Origin: Candidatus Buchananbacteria bacterium
Lineage (GTDB): Bacteria; Patescibacteriota; Patescibacteriia; Buchananbacterales; UBA6539
Assembly: GCA_016930315.1 (NCBI GenBank)
Contig: JAFGGX010000024.1
Location: 1 to 55,184, forward strand
DNA length: 55,184 nt
Reading direction: 5' to 3'
Position 1 is the first letter of the stretch. Every line of letters begins with the position of its first letter. Shown here in pieces: positions 26,243 to 35,487 of the stretch. The position numbers and the translations under genes are program-made. The notes beneath the pieces were generated by a model. It was not told the DNA's origin and did not search any database. It was given only the letters and a program-made list of their open reading frames with translations.

Positions 26243-28612
26243 TTAACGCAAAATCGCGTTTAATTTAGTTTGTAAATTTTTAATAATTTTTTCCAAAACA
26301 ACATCAACTTCTTCCGATTTCAAAGTCCGCTCAGCCTGAAAAGTAACCCGGAAAGCCAAACTCTTTTTGTCTTCACCCAAACTTTTATCTACATAAGTGC
26401 TTAAATACTTTATCTCCGACACTAACGGATCAACCGACTTGACCGCATCAACAATCATCTGCCACTTCACCTCCGCGTCAATCACAATTGCCAAATCTCT
26501 TTGTGCGTTTGGAAATTCTGCGATCGGCACAAACGGTTTTAAATCGCTGGCATATTTAGCTAATTTTTCAACCACAAAACTAAAAATTGCTACCGGTCGA
26601 TCAAAAGAAAAGCGGCTAGCATTTTTTTGATTAACTAAACCAAAATAACCAATCACTTCATTTTTTATCACCACTGTCAAAGCAGTTTGGACTGAACAAT
26701 AATTATTGTCTTTTACCAACTCTTTAAATTGATAATCAGTGATGGCCAATTTATCTAACAACAACTCAACCAAGCCTTTAACTTGTAAAAAATCATCCAT
26801 TTTGTCTACCACCGCTCCGGCTAAGCAAGATTGTTCGACCGGTAAATCGTTAGCCTTTTGCAGCCGGTAAACGTTGCTGACTTCAAAAATTTCAATTTGG
26901 TTAAAGCGTTTGATGTTATCAGCCACACCTTGCAAAATCTGCGGCTCTAAATCGGTGCGCATAAATTCAATTTCACTATTCAACGGATTACTAATTTTAA
27001 CCACTTCGGTTTTCGGCCGGTTGGCAGCTTCGATCATTTCCTTATCAACCATTGAATAATTATAGGTTTCGGTTAAACCCGCCCCAACTAAAATATCTTT
27101 AATTTTATCTTCCCAAACCAAAATTGGATTTTTCGCCCGGACTGGAATTTCACTGCTGGGCAATTCAACCGGCAAATTGTGATAGCCATAAATTCTAGCC
27201 ACTTCTTCGACAATATCGTGATCATATTCAACATCATTGGCTCGGTACCACGGCACAGTGATCTTTAAAGTATTACTACCGGAAACTTCAAAACCTAGCC
27301 GCTCTAAAATATTTTTAATCTGCTTGATTTTTATCTCTACACCCAATAATCGTTTAATATTGGCCGGATCAAAACTAATCTTTTTTGGCTTATAATTTTG
27401 AGCGTAAACATCAATAATCGGACTGGCAGTTTGTCCGCCAGCTAACTGCTGAGTTAACTCAACCGCCCGCAGAATCGCCACAAAAGTGCCTTCGGCTGAA
27501 AGATTTTTTTCAAATAAACTTGATGATTCCGAATACAAATTTAAAGCCCGAGCGGTTTTACGTACCGAAACCGGATTAAAGTTCGCTGCTTCAAAAACAA
27601 TCGTTTTGGTTTCTGCACTCACCGCTGATAATTCACCACCCATCACGCCAGCCACCGCGACCGGATCTTTGGCATCGGCAATCACTAGATTGTCGGCTGA
27701 GAGTTGATAATTTTTACCGTCTAAAGCTAAAATCTTTTCGCCGGCTTTAGCCTTGCGGACAACAATTTTTTGGCCTTGCAATTTATCGTAATCAAAAACG
27801 TGCATCGGTTGACCAAATTCCAATAAGATATAATTAGTAATATCAACTAAATTGTTAATTGGTCTAATTCCCGCTTGACTCAATCGCCACTGTAACCAAA
27901 ACGGCGACGGGCCAACTTTAATGTTTTCCATCACCACCGCCTGATAGCGCGGACAAAGCTTTGATTCTTTAACTTCGACCGATAAAGGAATTTCGGTTTT
28001 CAATTTCAAGTTTGGTTTTGGTAAATCAATTTTGTTATCAACATCAAACACGGCGGCGGCCTCGCGTGCCAACCCAACCAAGCTGCCCGCATCCGGTCGA
28101 TTAGTAGTGATTTCAATATCCATTAAATAATCATCGAGTTTTAAAACGTCGGCCAAGTCTTTGCCAACTGGCGTATCTGATTCTAACACTAAAATGCCGT
28201 TGTGTTCCGGCCAAAAACCCAGTTCGTCTGGCGCGCAAATCATACCAGCGCTTTCCACCCCGCGGATGACTCCTTTTTCTAAAACAAATTTGTCGTCAAC
28301 TTTTGGATCAATTAATTCTGCACCAACTTTGGCTAATGGCACAATTTGGCCAACCGCAATATTAGGTGCACCGCAAACAACCGTTATTTTTTCTTTACCA
28401 GTGTCAACCGTGGCTAATTGCAACCGATCGGCGTTAGGATGTTTAACAATAGCAATAATTTTAGCCGTTACTACACCGCTAAAATGCGCCTGAATTTTTT
28501 TCACCCGCTCCACTGACTGACTGCACAAAGAAAACTCTTTAGCAAATTCCTCAACCGTCGCGTTGAGTTTTACATATTCTTTCAACCAATTGTAAGAAAT
28601 TTTTCTATCCAT
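26243..28612 (-). CDS. pheT: phenylalanine-tRNA ligase beta subunit
   Basis: 789 aa. tRNA-binding OB domain, B3/4, B5 and FDX-ACB domains. Confidence 0.95.
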   Translation of the reverse strand: MDRKISYNWLKEYVKLNATVEEFAKEFSLCSQSVERVKKIQAHFSGVVTAKIIAIVKHPNADRLQLATVDTGKEKITVVCGAPNIAVGQIVPLAKVGAELIDPKVDDKFVLEKGVIRGVESAGMICAPDELGFWPEHNGILVLESDTPVGKDLADVLKLDDYLMDIEITTNRPDAGSLVGLAREAAAVFDVDNKIDLPKPNLKLKTEIPLSVEVKESKLCPRYQAVVMENIKVGPSPFWLQWRLSQAGIRPINNLVDITNYILLEFGQPMHVFDYDKLQGQKIVVRKAKAGEKILALDGKNYQLSADNLVIADAKDPVAVAGVMGGELSAVSAETKTIVFEAANFNPVSVRKTARALNLYSESSSLFEKNLSAEGTFVAILRAVELTQQLAGGQTASPIIDVYAQNYKPKKISFDPANIKRLLGVEIKIKQIKNILERLGFEVSGSNTLKITVPWYRANDVEYDHDIVEEVARIYGYHNLPVELPSSEIPVRAKNPILVWEDKIKDILVGAGLTETYNYSMVDKEMIEAANRPKTEVVKISNPLNSEIEFMRTDLEPQILQGVADNIKRFNQIEIFEVSNVYRLQKANDLPVEQSCLAGAVVDKMDDFLQVKGLVELLLDKLAITDYQFKELVKDNNYCSVQTALTVVIKNEVIGYFGLVNQKNASRFSFDRPVAIFSFVVEKLAKYASDLKPFVPIAEFPNAQRDLAIVIDAEVKWQMIVDAVKSVDPLVSEIKYLSTYVDKSLGEDKKSLAFRVTFQAERTLKSEEVDVVLEKIIKNLQTKLNAILR

Positions 28613-28650
28613 TCGTTAGTTCTTATTTTATTCTTTAATTATTAGTTTAT

Positions 28651-28664
28651 AAGTTTGTAAGTTT
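28651..28664. repeat. left arm of the inverted repeat flanking the four-helix-bundle gene
   Basis: aagtttgtaagttt is the perfect reverse complement of 29091-29104. Confidence 0.7.
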
Positions 28665-28666
28665 TG

Positions 28667-29026
28667 TTAACATTTCTTTAAAAATCTAATATAACCGCTA
28701 ATTGCTTTCAATAGTTCAGTATATTTATTTGCTAAATTATGAGCAATTACTTGATCAATAAAATTCTTCTTTGCTGATCGTAAAATATTTCTTTTTGTTT
28801 CTTCTGCTTCAGCCTTGGCGATAACGCAACAACGAACTTTTTCCTTGACTGTGACTCTATTATAACTTTCAGCGATATTATTAGCCACCGAAGCTGACGA
28901 ACGGAGCAACTGATCGATTGAACGAAATCGTTCATCTTTGGGAAATTGCTTGGTAATCTGATAGACCTCAAGTTCAAAACGTTCCGCCATTTGATAAATT
29001 TTCAAATTTTCTAATCCAGTTGCCAT
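28667..29026 (-). CDS. four-helix-bundle protein (23S rRNA intervening-sequence protein family)
   Basis: 119 aa. LKIYQMAERFELEVYQITKQFPKDERF...QLLRSSASVANNIAES is typical of the family. Confidence 0.85.
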   Translation of the reverse strand: MATGLENLKIYQMAERFELEVYQITKQFPKDERFRSIDQLLRSSASVANNIAESYNRVTVKEKVRCCVIAKAEAEETKRNILRSAKKNFIDQVIAHNLANKYTELLKAISGYIRFLKKC

Positions 29027-29090
29027 ACAACGTTAGCTTTTAATAATAACATTATGCGCTACGTTGCTAAAAATAAACTAATTAACTAAT

Positions 29091-29104
29091 AAACTTACAA
29101 ACTT
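29091..29104. repeat. right arm of the inverted repeat, inside an aactt/taact low-complexity tract
   Basis: aaacttacaaactt. Similar units recur up to about 29180. Confidence 0.7.
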
Positions 29105-29189
29105 GAAACTTATTAACTAACTAATAAACTAACTAACTTGAAACTTATCAACTTATAAACTAACAAACTTACCCAACTTACCAACCAAA

Positions 29190-30221
29190 CTAAAACTGCT
29201 TCAAAAATCTTAAATCGCTTTGATATAACTCGCGAATATCTGGAATGCTTAAACCCGGCTTCATTAAATAACACCGCTCCACCCCCCAGCCAAAAGCAAA
29301 ACCGGAATACTTTTTCGGATCAATTTTGCCGGCTTTCAAAACATTAGGGTGAACCATGCCCGCGCCACCAATTTCTAACCAACCGGATTTGCACATCCGG
29401 CAACCCTTGCCCTCGCACAAACCGCAAGAAATATCCACTTCAAAGCTCGGCTCAGTGAACTGAAAGTGATACGGCCGAATCCGCGCCGTGCGGTTTGGAC
29501 CAAAAAATTGCTTAGCAAAATAATCCAAAACACCTTTGAGGTGCGCAATGGTTACATCGGTGTCAATCATCAAACCTTCGAACTGGTGAAACATCGGCGC
29601 GTGGGAAATATCACTTTGGCGGCGATAACATTTAGAAATATTAGTCATGCGGATCGGCAATTCTTTCCGTTCCATTTCACGCACCTGGCCCGATGAGGTG
29701 TGCGGCGTTAACAATCTCTTGCCTTTTGGCCCGATTTCTTTATCGTCGATAAAAAATGTTTCCCATTCATCGCGGGCCGGATGATCGCCCGGCATATTCA
29801 ACGCCTCAAACGCATACCAATCCCATTCCACTTCCGGATAACGCACCCGATTAAAACCAATTCGTTCAAAAATTTCAGTGATTTCTCTGATTGCTTTGGT
29901 CATCAGATGCAAATGACCATTTGGTAATTCTGTGCCCGGCAAAGTTAAATCAAAAAACCGATCAATTTTCTGACTACCGGAAAGCTGATTGCGGATTTCG
30001 GTAATGGCATTTTCAATTTCACCACGTAGTTGATTGGCAAAATTACCAATTTCTTTCCGTTGATCTTCTGGCAAATTTTTTAAGCCACGCAAAACAGCCG
30101 TGAGCTCCCCAGCTTTACGGCCTAAAAATTTAATTTCCAGTTCATCTAAATCGGTCGGACTGGAAACTTTTTTGATTTCAGCATCAAAAAGCGCTTTTAA
30201 ACTTTCAAGTTTAGCTTTCAT
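29190..30221 (-). CDS. pheS: phenylalanine-tRNA ligase alpha subunit
   Basis: 343 aa. Class II motifs, including the HPARDEWETFF-type block and GFAFGWGVER. Confidence 0.96.
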   Translation of the reverse strand: MKAKLESLKALFDAEIKKVSSPTDLDELEIKFLGRKAGELTAVLRGLKNLPEDQRKEIGNFANQLRGEIENAITEIRNQLSGSQKIDRFFDLTLPGTELPNGHLHLMTKAIREITEIFERIGFNRVRYPEVEWDWYAFEALNMPGDHPARDEWETFFIDDKEIGPKGKRLLTPHTSSGQVREMERKELPIRMTNISKCYRRQSDISHAPMFHQFEGLMIDTDVTIAHLKGVLDYFAKQFFGPNRTARIRPYHFQFTEPSFEVDISCGLCEGKGCRMCKSGWLEIGGAGMVHPNVLKAGKIDPKKYSGFAFGWGVERCYLMKPGLSIPDIRELYQSDLRFLKQF

Positions 30222-30603
30222 AAAAATTATTTTTGCTGGCAGAAATAAAGAAAAATTCTAAAAAAGTTAAAATTAAAATAAATAAAATCACTACCCACCA
30301 GTAAGCTAAGCCTTTGCTTTGCAACATTAACCAGCCAGCGATCAAAATCGCAAAAAATAATGACTGGCGCACCGACGTTTTAAAACGATTGATCAGCTGC
30401 GTTTTTTTAGCAAAGCGCTGACGAAAAAATTCACTAATCAAAAATAGCAACCCAAAAACCACAAACATCAAACATAAATAAAATAAACTGAAAATCAGCC
30501 AGCTCGATTGGGCCGGATCGGTGTTATTAACTACCAACACCCAGCCAGTTAAAGCCAAAAGGCTGCCTAAAAAAATCAAAATTGAAAACACTTTACTGCT
30601 CAT
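30211..30603 (-). CDS. small polytopic membrane protein
   Basis: 130 aa with 4 hydrophobic segments. Overlaps the pheS start by 11 nt. Confidence 0.55.
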   Translation of the reverse strand: MSSKVFSILIFLGSLLALTGWVLVVNNTDPAQSSWLIFSLFYLCLMFVVFGLLFLISEFFRQRFAKKTQLINRFKTSVRQSLFFAILIAGWLMLQSKGLAYWWVVILFILILTFLEFFFISASKNNFYES

Positions 30604-30653
30604 AAATAACGATTAAATTATATCAGAAAAGTTGTAATTGGTAAAGCGCAAGA

Positions 30654-30710
30654 GTCGCTCTGAACTTGTTTCAGAGCCTTAAAGGGGTCCTGAACTGAGT
30701 TCAGGACGAC
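30654..30710. repeat. two-hairpin repeat element, copy 2
   Basis: gtcgctctgaacttgtttcagagcc plus gtcctgaactgagttcaggacgac. Confidence 0.65.
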
Positions 30711-30732
30711 ACTGTAATATACCGATGAATCA

Positions 30733-30761
30733 TTGACTTAATTTGCCAAAAATGATAAGAC
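30733..30761 (+). promoter_or_regulatory. promoter of the GC-rich 245-aa unit
   Basis: TTGACT-N17-TAAGAC with a TGA extended -10. Confidence 0.5.
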
Positions 30762-30852
30762 CAAAGTGTTAACCTTTTGGTTGACTTTCGCCTTTTGGCG
30801 AAACAATTTTGGCACGGGCGTTGGACGCCTAAGAAAGCCTAGGAGGCTTGCC

Positions 30853-31590
30853 ATGAGTAACACAACGACTACTGCAGAGTATGAGAATCTACCGCCTGAA
30901 ATCAGAAGACAGATCGACATCGCGACCATGGTTACGCCGTATCCATTTCCGGATATCGGCGTAGTGAGTTGGGAAGGCAAGCTGGCTGATGAAGAATTAG
31001 GCCCAGAGCTTGCATACGTTTGCGCGAGGATGTTGCACTCTGAACCTTTCGCAACGATAAAAGAGATCCGCGACAGAAGAACAACGTCAGTTCTCCATCA
31101 GCTGTCTCATTGTGGTGGTTTTCCAGCCAGAAACATAATCAGGCCTGGCACATTCAAAACCGCGGTCACAATCCGCGGCTCGAAAGACGCTGACAGTGCC
31201 GGTGTCTTTTCTCTCCGCCCCCTGATCACCAAAACCTGGAAAAAAACCGAGGGAGAGGGAAGAAAACTCAAATCCGGCACCATGATGAGACAGCTCTGGC
31301 TCGCCGGCAAAATGTACGGAGCCAAGCCCCTGCTGGATTGCCCGACGGAAATCTTCGACGAGACAAGCCAAAGCCCTGGCCGACCCATCCATGACTATTT
31401 GTTGCGGATGATTAGCGCTGACCCGCTACAGCACCCGCACCTGTTCGTCGTCACCGTCAAGTTCAACCCCTGCCACGGAATCTATCTGCGTGACATCCTT
31501 ATCGTCAGGCCACCGTTCTCGGACCTGACTTGTACCGATGAATTGACAACCGATTCTATTAAGGCTCTCTACGCGAAAAAGGAAGGATAG
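30853..31590 (+). CDS. GC-rich orphan cytoplasmic protein
   Basis: Start set at the ATG at 30853 (MSNTTTTAEY...) because AGGAGG lies 6 nt upstream. 245 aa. No motif recognised. Confidence 0.6.
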   Translation: MSNTTTTAEYENLPPEIRRQIDIATMVTPYPFPDIGVVSWEGKLADEELGPELAYVCARMLHSEPFATIKEIRDRRTTSVLHQLSHCGGFPARNIIRPGTFKTAVTIRGSKDADSAGVFSLRPLITKTWKKTEGEGRKLKSGTMMRQLWLAGKMYGAKPLLDCPTEIFDETSQSPGRPIHDYLLRMISADPLQHPHLFVVTVKFNPCHGIYLRDILIVRPPFSDLTCTDELTTDSIKALYAKKEG

Positions 31591-31608
31591 ATCCAATCAA
31601 TCCAATCC

Positions 31609-31648
31609 CCGCCAGTGGACGCAGGTCTGCTGGCGGTTTTCCTTTTTT
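31609..31648 (+). terminator. intrinsic terminator
   Basis: ccgccag (31609-31615) pairs with ctggcgg (31630-31636), followed by ttttcctttttt. Confidence 0.7.
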
Positions 31649-31652
31649 ATAG

Positions 31653-31683
31653 ATACGAATGAATACGAATGGATTATACGAAT
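31653..31683. repeat. three spaced copies of atacgaat
   Basis: Copies at 31653, 31663 and 31676. A perfect hairpin tccctcccc-tttaa-ggggaggga at 31739-31761 follows, just after the helicase stop. Confidence 0.5.
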
Positions 31684-31768
31684 ACTCCAGACCCCTCCCT
31701 ACATATCTGAGTCACAACAAAATGAAACTATAAAGCACTCCCTCCCCTTTAAGGGGAGGGATTTTAAG

Positions 31769-34700
31769 CTAAGTGTTGCGGGGCGGGGTCTCTGGTGGCC
31801 ACTTGGCACTACGAATTTCGCGGATGATTTTGACAATTTTTTTCTGCAAATTATCTAATTCTTTTTGACTGCCCAAAAAACTCACTTTATTGCCAGTTTC
31901 TAAATAATAAAAAGTTAATTTCTCTACCCGTTCATTCAATGTCTGCTGAGCAGCCAACTGATAAATCAACAACTGCTGCTTATCATCAGCGCTCAAAGTC
32001 GCTTCGGTTTTGCCTTGGCCGGTTTTGTAATCGATAATTTCAATGCCGGAATTCATTTGATCGACTCGGTCAATTTTACCAATCAAAGTATAAATTTCTC
32101 CACTTTCTTCGTCGGGAATCCGCAAACTAAAAGGTTGTTCCAAAAATTTCGGTATTGGCAAAGTTTTTTGATAATCTTTATAAAAATCTTTCAAGGCTTT
32201 TTTGCCCCGTTCAAAAAAATCATCGTGCTCGCTGCGACTTTGATACCAATCATCAATCCAATTTTTTTGATACAAATTTAACAATTCATCTAGGCTAACT
32301 TTAACTTCGGTTTGTTTTTCCGATTTGCTTAGGGTATTGCCAAACAAATCCTGTTGCTGAGCGCTTGACCGTTGGCGCACCATTAAAAAGAATTGCTGCA
32401 AAGTTAAATGCAAAGTTGAACCAAACGAAAATATATTTTTGCCTTTCTGCGGAATTTTTAAAATATAATCCAACCAATATTGATACGGATCGCGTTCAAA
32501 AAGTTTAATTTGAGTGAAAGAAAATTTGGTCGGCAGCATTCTTTGCCAATCGTCGTCAACCACAATTTGATTTTGGCCCAAACCATAACTACCCATCTGT
32601 TTTTCGGCCTGACTAGCTTCGTCGGCAAGCTTCAAACCAAAATTACCCAGCTCCACTAAAAACTGCGATAACTTTTTTTTGCGCGCGCCGCCATAATCAA
32701 CGGCGCTGGTTAGATACAAGCCCTGTTTGGCCCGCGTCATCGCTACATAAAAAAGTCGGCGTTCTTCTTGGATGTGCGCGTCGCCTTCCGGCAAAATCTC
32801 TTTGATTAATTTTTCGGGTAAAGTAATCGGATCAGATCGGTCGTCAGTTGGAAACCGCCGATCAACTAAGTTGACCAAAAAAACATATTTGAATTCCAAA
32901 CCCTTGGCGGCGTGAACGGTCATCACTTTAACCGTGTCTGGCCCTTCTTCTAAATTTTGGACCAAACTGCCCGCTTCGCCGGCTTCCAATTCCAAATCAA
33001 TTAACTGCAAAAAATTTTTAACTGTCGGTTCATTAGTTGAGCGTTCAAACTCAATAATTTTTCGATAAAATTGATTTAAAAAATCAGCGTTTTCCGACAG
33101 TTCCGGATTTTGCGATTCGGCAATCAGCTGGCTGTACCCCGTGTCTTCCAAAAAATTAACCAAAACTTCGCCAACTGATTTTTCTTTAGCTAGTTGGCTG
33201 TGCTTGTCAACCCAGGCAATTAATTTTTGAATTTTTTCTTTGATTTCTTGGCTGGTGTGGTTGATCACTTCCGGCAGCTGAATAGTTTTGTATAGTGAAT
33301 AGCCTTTGCGCCGCGCCCAGTAGTTAAAGTTGACCAATTCTTGATGGCGTAATCCGACAATCGGCGAATTCAAAATCCGGTAAACCGCATCGCTTTCATG
33401 ATAATTATCTAACAGCCGCAAATAAGCCAAAACGTCCAAAATAATCGGCTTGCTGTAAAGGCCGCGCGAAGCGACAAACCGGTGAGGAATCTGAGTTTGG
33501 CTCAAAGCGGCCGAAAAATTGTTGGCTGCGTCGTTGGTTCTGGCTAAAATTGCAAAATCCGCCCAGCTGCAATCATGATCTTTTTCTTTCAGTTCAGCAA
33601 TTTTTTCTAAAACCGATTTAATCTCGTCGTCACCAGTTTGCAAATGCAAATGTTTGATTTCTCCGCTTTGTTTGGTTGAAGAAACCAAGCGCTTGGATAA
33701 TTTTTTACTTTTACCTTTAGCTAATTTAACTTCCAACCGATCCGGATTATTTTGTTGAATAAATTTGTAGGATAGGTCCAAAATGTCTTGAGTTGACCGA
33801 TAATTTTTGGTTAAAAATATTTCTTCGGCGTCTTTGTAATCTTTTTTAAATTCCAAAATATTGGAAACCGATGCACCGCGGAATTTATAAATTGATTGAT
33901 CATCGTCGCCCACCACCGTGATATTATTTTTTGAGGCCGCTAACAGGCGCACCAAGTCATACTGAGCGTGATTAGTATCTTGAAATTCATCAACTAAAAT
34001 ATATTTAAACTGATTGCGGTACTTAGCCAAAATTAACGGCCGAGTTTTAAAAAGCTGCAAACAATAATTAATCAAATCACCAAAATCCAAACTATTGTGC
34101 TCCAACAACAACTGCTGATAAGTGTGATAAGCATTAGCGGCTTCTTCCACCTTTTTGATTTCTTGGAAAATTAATTCCTTTTTTTCTTTTTTACTTAAAT
34201 CTTTAATCAAAGCCGGCTCAACTAAAGTTTTAACAAAATCGGGATTGTCGGCATTCAATTTTAAATCCTGAACATAATCTAAATATTGCTGCGGGGTGAT
34301 GGCTTCGTCTTTAGCGCGAGAAAATAATTTAATTAAAGCGTGAATAAATTTAGTTGGATTGCCAACCGGCCGATAGTAATCTAAATCAAACTTGTCTAAA
34401 TTTTGACGAACCAGCATCCACTGTTCGGTTTGGTTCAATAATTTAAAATCATTGGGCAAACCAATATCAATGGCGTGGAGTTTTAAAATTTTTTCAGCAA
34501 AAGCATGAAAAGTCGAAATCCAAAAATCAACATAACCATAAGGCACCACCCGGTCAACCCGTTCTTCCACCTCACCGGCCGCCTTGTCGGTAAAAGTTAG
34601 CGCCAAAATTTCGTGCGGCTGGGCCTTTTTTTGTTCGATAATCCAACCGATGCGCTGAGTAATCACGGTGGTTTTCCCGGTACCCGCGCCAGCCACAATC

Positions 34701-34771
34701 AACAAAGGCCCGTCGGTATGAACAACGGCCTTTTTTTGTTCTGGATTTAGATTTTTAAGATTAATTTCCAT
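31769..34771 (-). CDS. UvrD/PcrA-type helicase fused to a C-terminal PD-(D/E)XK nuclease domain
   Basis: 1000 aa. Helicase motifs AGAGTGKT, VDEFQDTN and TVHAAKGLEF. C-terminal GKIDRVD...IEIIDYKTG...QLLIYQLA is RecB/AddB-type nuclease-like. Confidence 0.88.
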   Translation of the reverse strand: MEINLKNLNPEQKKAVVHTDGPLLIVAGAGTGKTTVITQRIGWIIEQKKAQPHEILALTFTDKAAGEVEERVDRVVPYGYVDFWISTFHAFAEKILKLHAIDIGLPNDFKLLNQTEQWMLVRQNLDKFDLDYYRPVGNPTKFIHALIKLFSRAKDEAITPQQYLDYVQDLKLNADNPDFVKTLVEPALIKDLSKKEKKELIFQEIKKVEEAANAYHTYQQLLLEHNSLDFGDLINYCLQLFKTRPLILAKYRNQFKYILVDEFQDTNHAQYDLVRLLAASKNNITVVGDDDQSIYKFRGASVSNILEFKKDYKDAEEIFLTKNYRSTQDILDLSYKFIQQNNPDRLEVKLAKGKSKKLSKRLVSSTKQSGEIKHLHLQTGDDEIKSVLEKIAELKEKDHDCSWADFAILARTNDAANNFSAALSQTQIPHRFVASRGLYSKPIILDVLAYLRLLDNYHESDAVYRILNSPIVGLRHQELVNFNYWARRKGYSLYKTIQLPEVINHTSQEIKEKIQKLIAWVDKHSQLAKEKSVGEVLVNFLEDTGYSQLIAESQNPELSENADFLNQFYRKIIEFERSTNEPTVKNFLQLIDLELEAGEAGSLVQNLEEGPDTVKVMTVHAAKGLEFKYVFLVNLVDRRFPTDDRSDPITLPEKLIKEILPEGDAHIQEERRLFYVAMTRAKQGLYLTSAVDYGGARKKKLSQFLVELGNFGLKLADEASQAEKQMGSYGLGQNQIVVDDDWQRMLPTKFSFTQIKLFERDPYQYWLDYILKIPQKGKNIFSFGSTLHLTLQQFFLMVRQRSSAQQQDLFGNTLSKSEKQTEVKVSLDELLNLYQKNWIDDWYQSRSEHDDFFERGKKALKDFYKDYQKTLPIPKFLEQPFSLRIPDEESGEIYTLIGKIDRVDQMNSGIEIIDYKTGQGKTEATLSADDKQQLLIYQLAAQQTLNERVEKLTFYYLETGNKVSFLGSQKELDNLQKKIVKIIREIRSAKWPPETPPRNT

Positions 34772-34820
34772 GGTTCTATTTTAACATATTTATCAGCCAA
34801 TGCTAAGTTAAAAATCTCAA

Positions 34821-34864
34821 CAAATGGAAAGGGTCGACGCACCACCTAGTGGACGCGCCGACCC
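34821..34864 (-). terminator. terminator at the end of the GC-rich minus-strand block
   Basis: gggtcggcgcgtccac-tag-gtggtgcgtcgaccc on the minus strand, followed by tttccattt. Confidence 0.55.
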
Positions 34865-34900
34865 GTGAACTCTGATGCGGCTTTGCACCGGGAGAAAAAC

Positions 34901-35017
34901 TCAAGAACTGAGCTTCTTCCAGCGGTTATTCCGCCGACCCCGACAGCCCTCCGGTTGCCACTTCTTCGCGCGATTGTTTCGCCTGTACTTGCCATGACGC
35001 TTGCCTCTACGCTTCAT
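34901..35017 (-). CDS. 38-aa extremely basic mini-protein
   Basis: Not in the ORF track (under 60 aa). My translation is MKRRGKRHGKYRRNNRAKKWQPEGCRGRRNNRWKKLSS. AAAGGTGA lies just upstream of the ATG. A terminator follows. Confidence 0.4.
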   Translation of the reverse strand: MKRRGKRHGKYRRNNRAKKWQPEGCRGRRNNRWKKLSS

Positions 35018-35089
35018 AAATCACCTTTCCTTCCAAAGGTCGAGGGTTGACCGCCTTTTACCAGCGGCCACTGAAATGATCAGAAAAGC

Positions 35090-35275
35090 TTACGCGTGCT
35101 GATGTCTCTCTCGAGTCTTTCCCTGCCCATACCCACGAGTCCTGGCAAAGGCGGGGCACTTGTTACAGTCGATGTTCTTGCCATCTCCGCCCTTGCCCCT
35201 CAGCTTCTTACAATCCCTCCTGTTGAATCTAAGGCCACACTGCGTGGGTGATGCTGTCGATTTCTTGCATGACAT
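35090..35275 (-). CDS. 61-aa basic, Cys-containing mini-protein
   Basis: AAAGGAG lies 8 nt before the ATG. 5 Cys including CNKC. Lys/Arg/Gly-rich. Confidence 0.5.
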   Translation of the reverse strand: MSCKKSTASPTQCGLRFNRRDCKKLRGKGGDGKNIDCNKCPAFARTRGYGQGKTRERHQHA

Positions 35276-35368
35276 GCGAAAATCTCCTTTCTACGAGTCA
35301 TATCGAACAGAAATCAGGAGGCCAATTTGCAATAGCCTACCTAAATTAAATTAATACTATTCCCCTTT

Positions 35369-35386
35369 TTAGTCAATATTGACTAA
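35369..35386. promoter_or_regulatory. perfect 18-bp palindrome overlapping a -35-like TTGACT
   Basis: ttagtcaat|attgactaa, in the AT-rich gap between the pyrF terminator and the mini-protein genes. Confidence 0.45.
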
Positions 35387-35405
35387 TTTTTGAAAAAATT
35401 CAATT

Positions 35406-35461
35406 TTAAAAACAAAGACCCCGGCTCATCGTCACTGCTAACAGTAACCGACAAGCCGGGG
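35406..35461 (-). terminator. intrinsic terminator after pyrF
   Basis: ccccggct (35419-35426) pairs with agccgggg (35454-35461). Minus-strand tail is tctttgttttt. Confidence 0.6.
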
Positions 35462-35487
35462 GAAATTTTCCTCCAGTTGTATTGTAG

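Noticed and set aside
30766-30852. Upstream extension (MLTFWLTFAFWRNNF...) of the 30853..31590 gene given in the ORF track.
   Set aside because: The extension begins at a TTG immediately after the -10 hexamer. AGGAGG is correctly spaced for the ATG at 30853.
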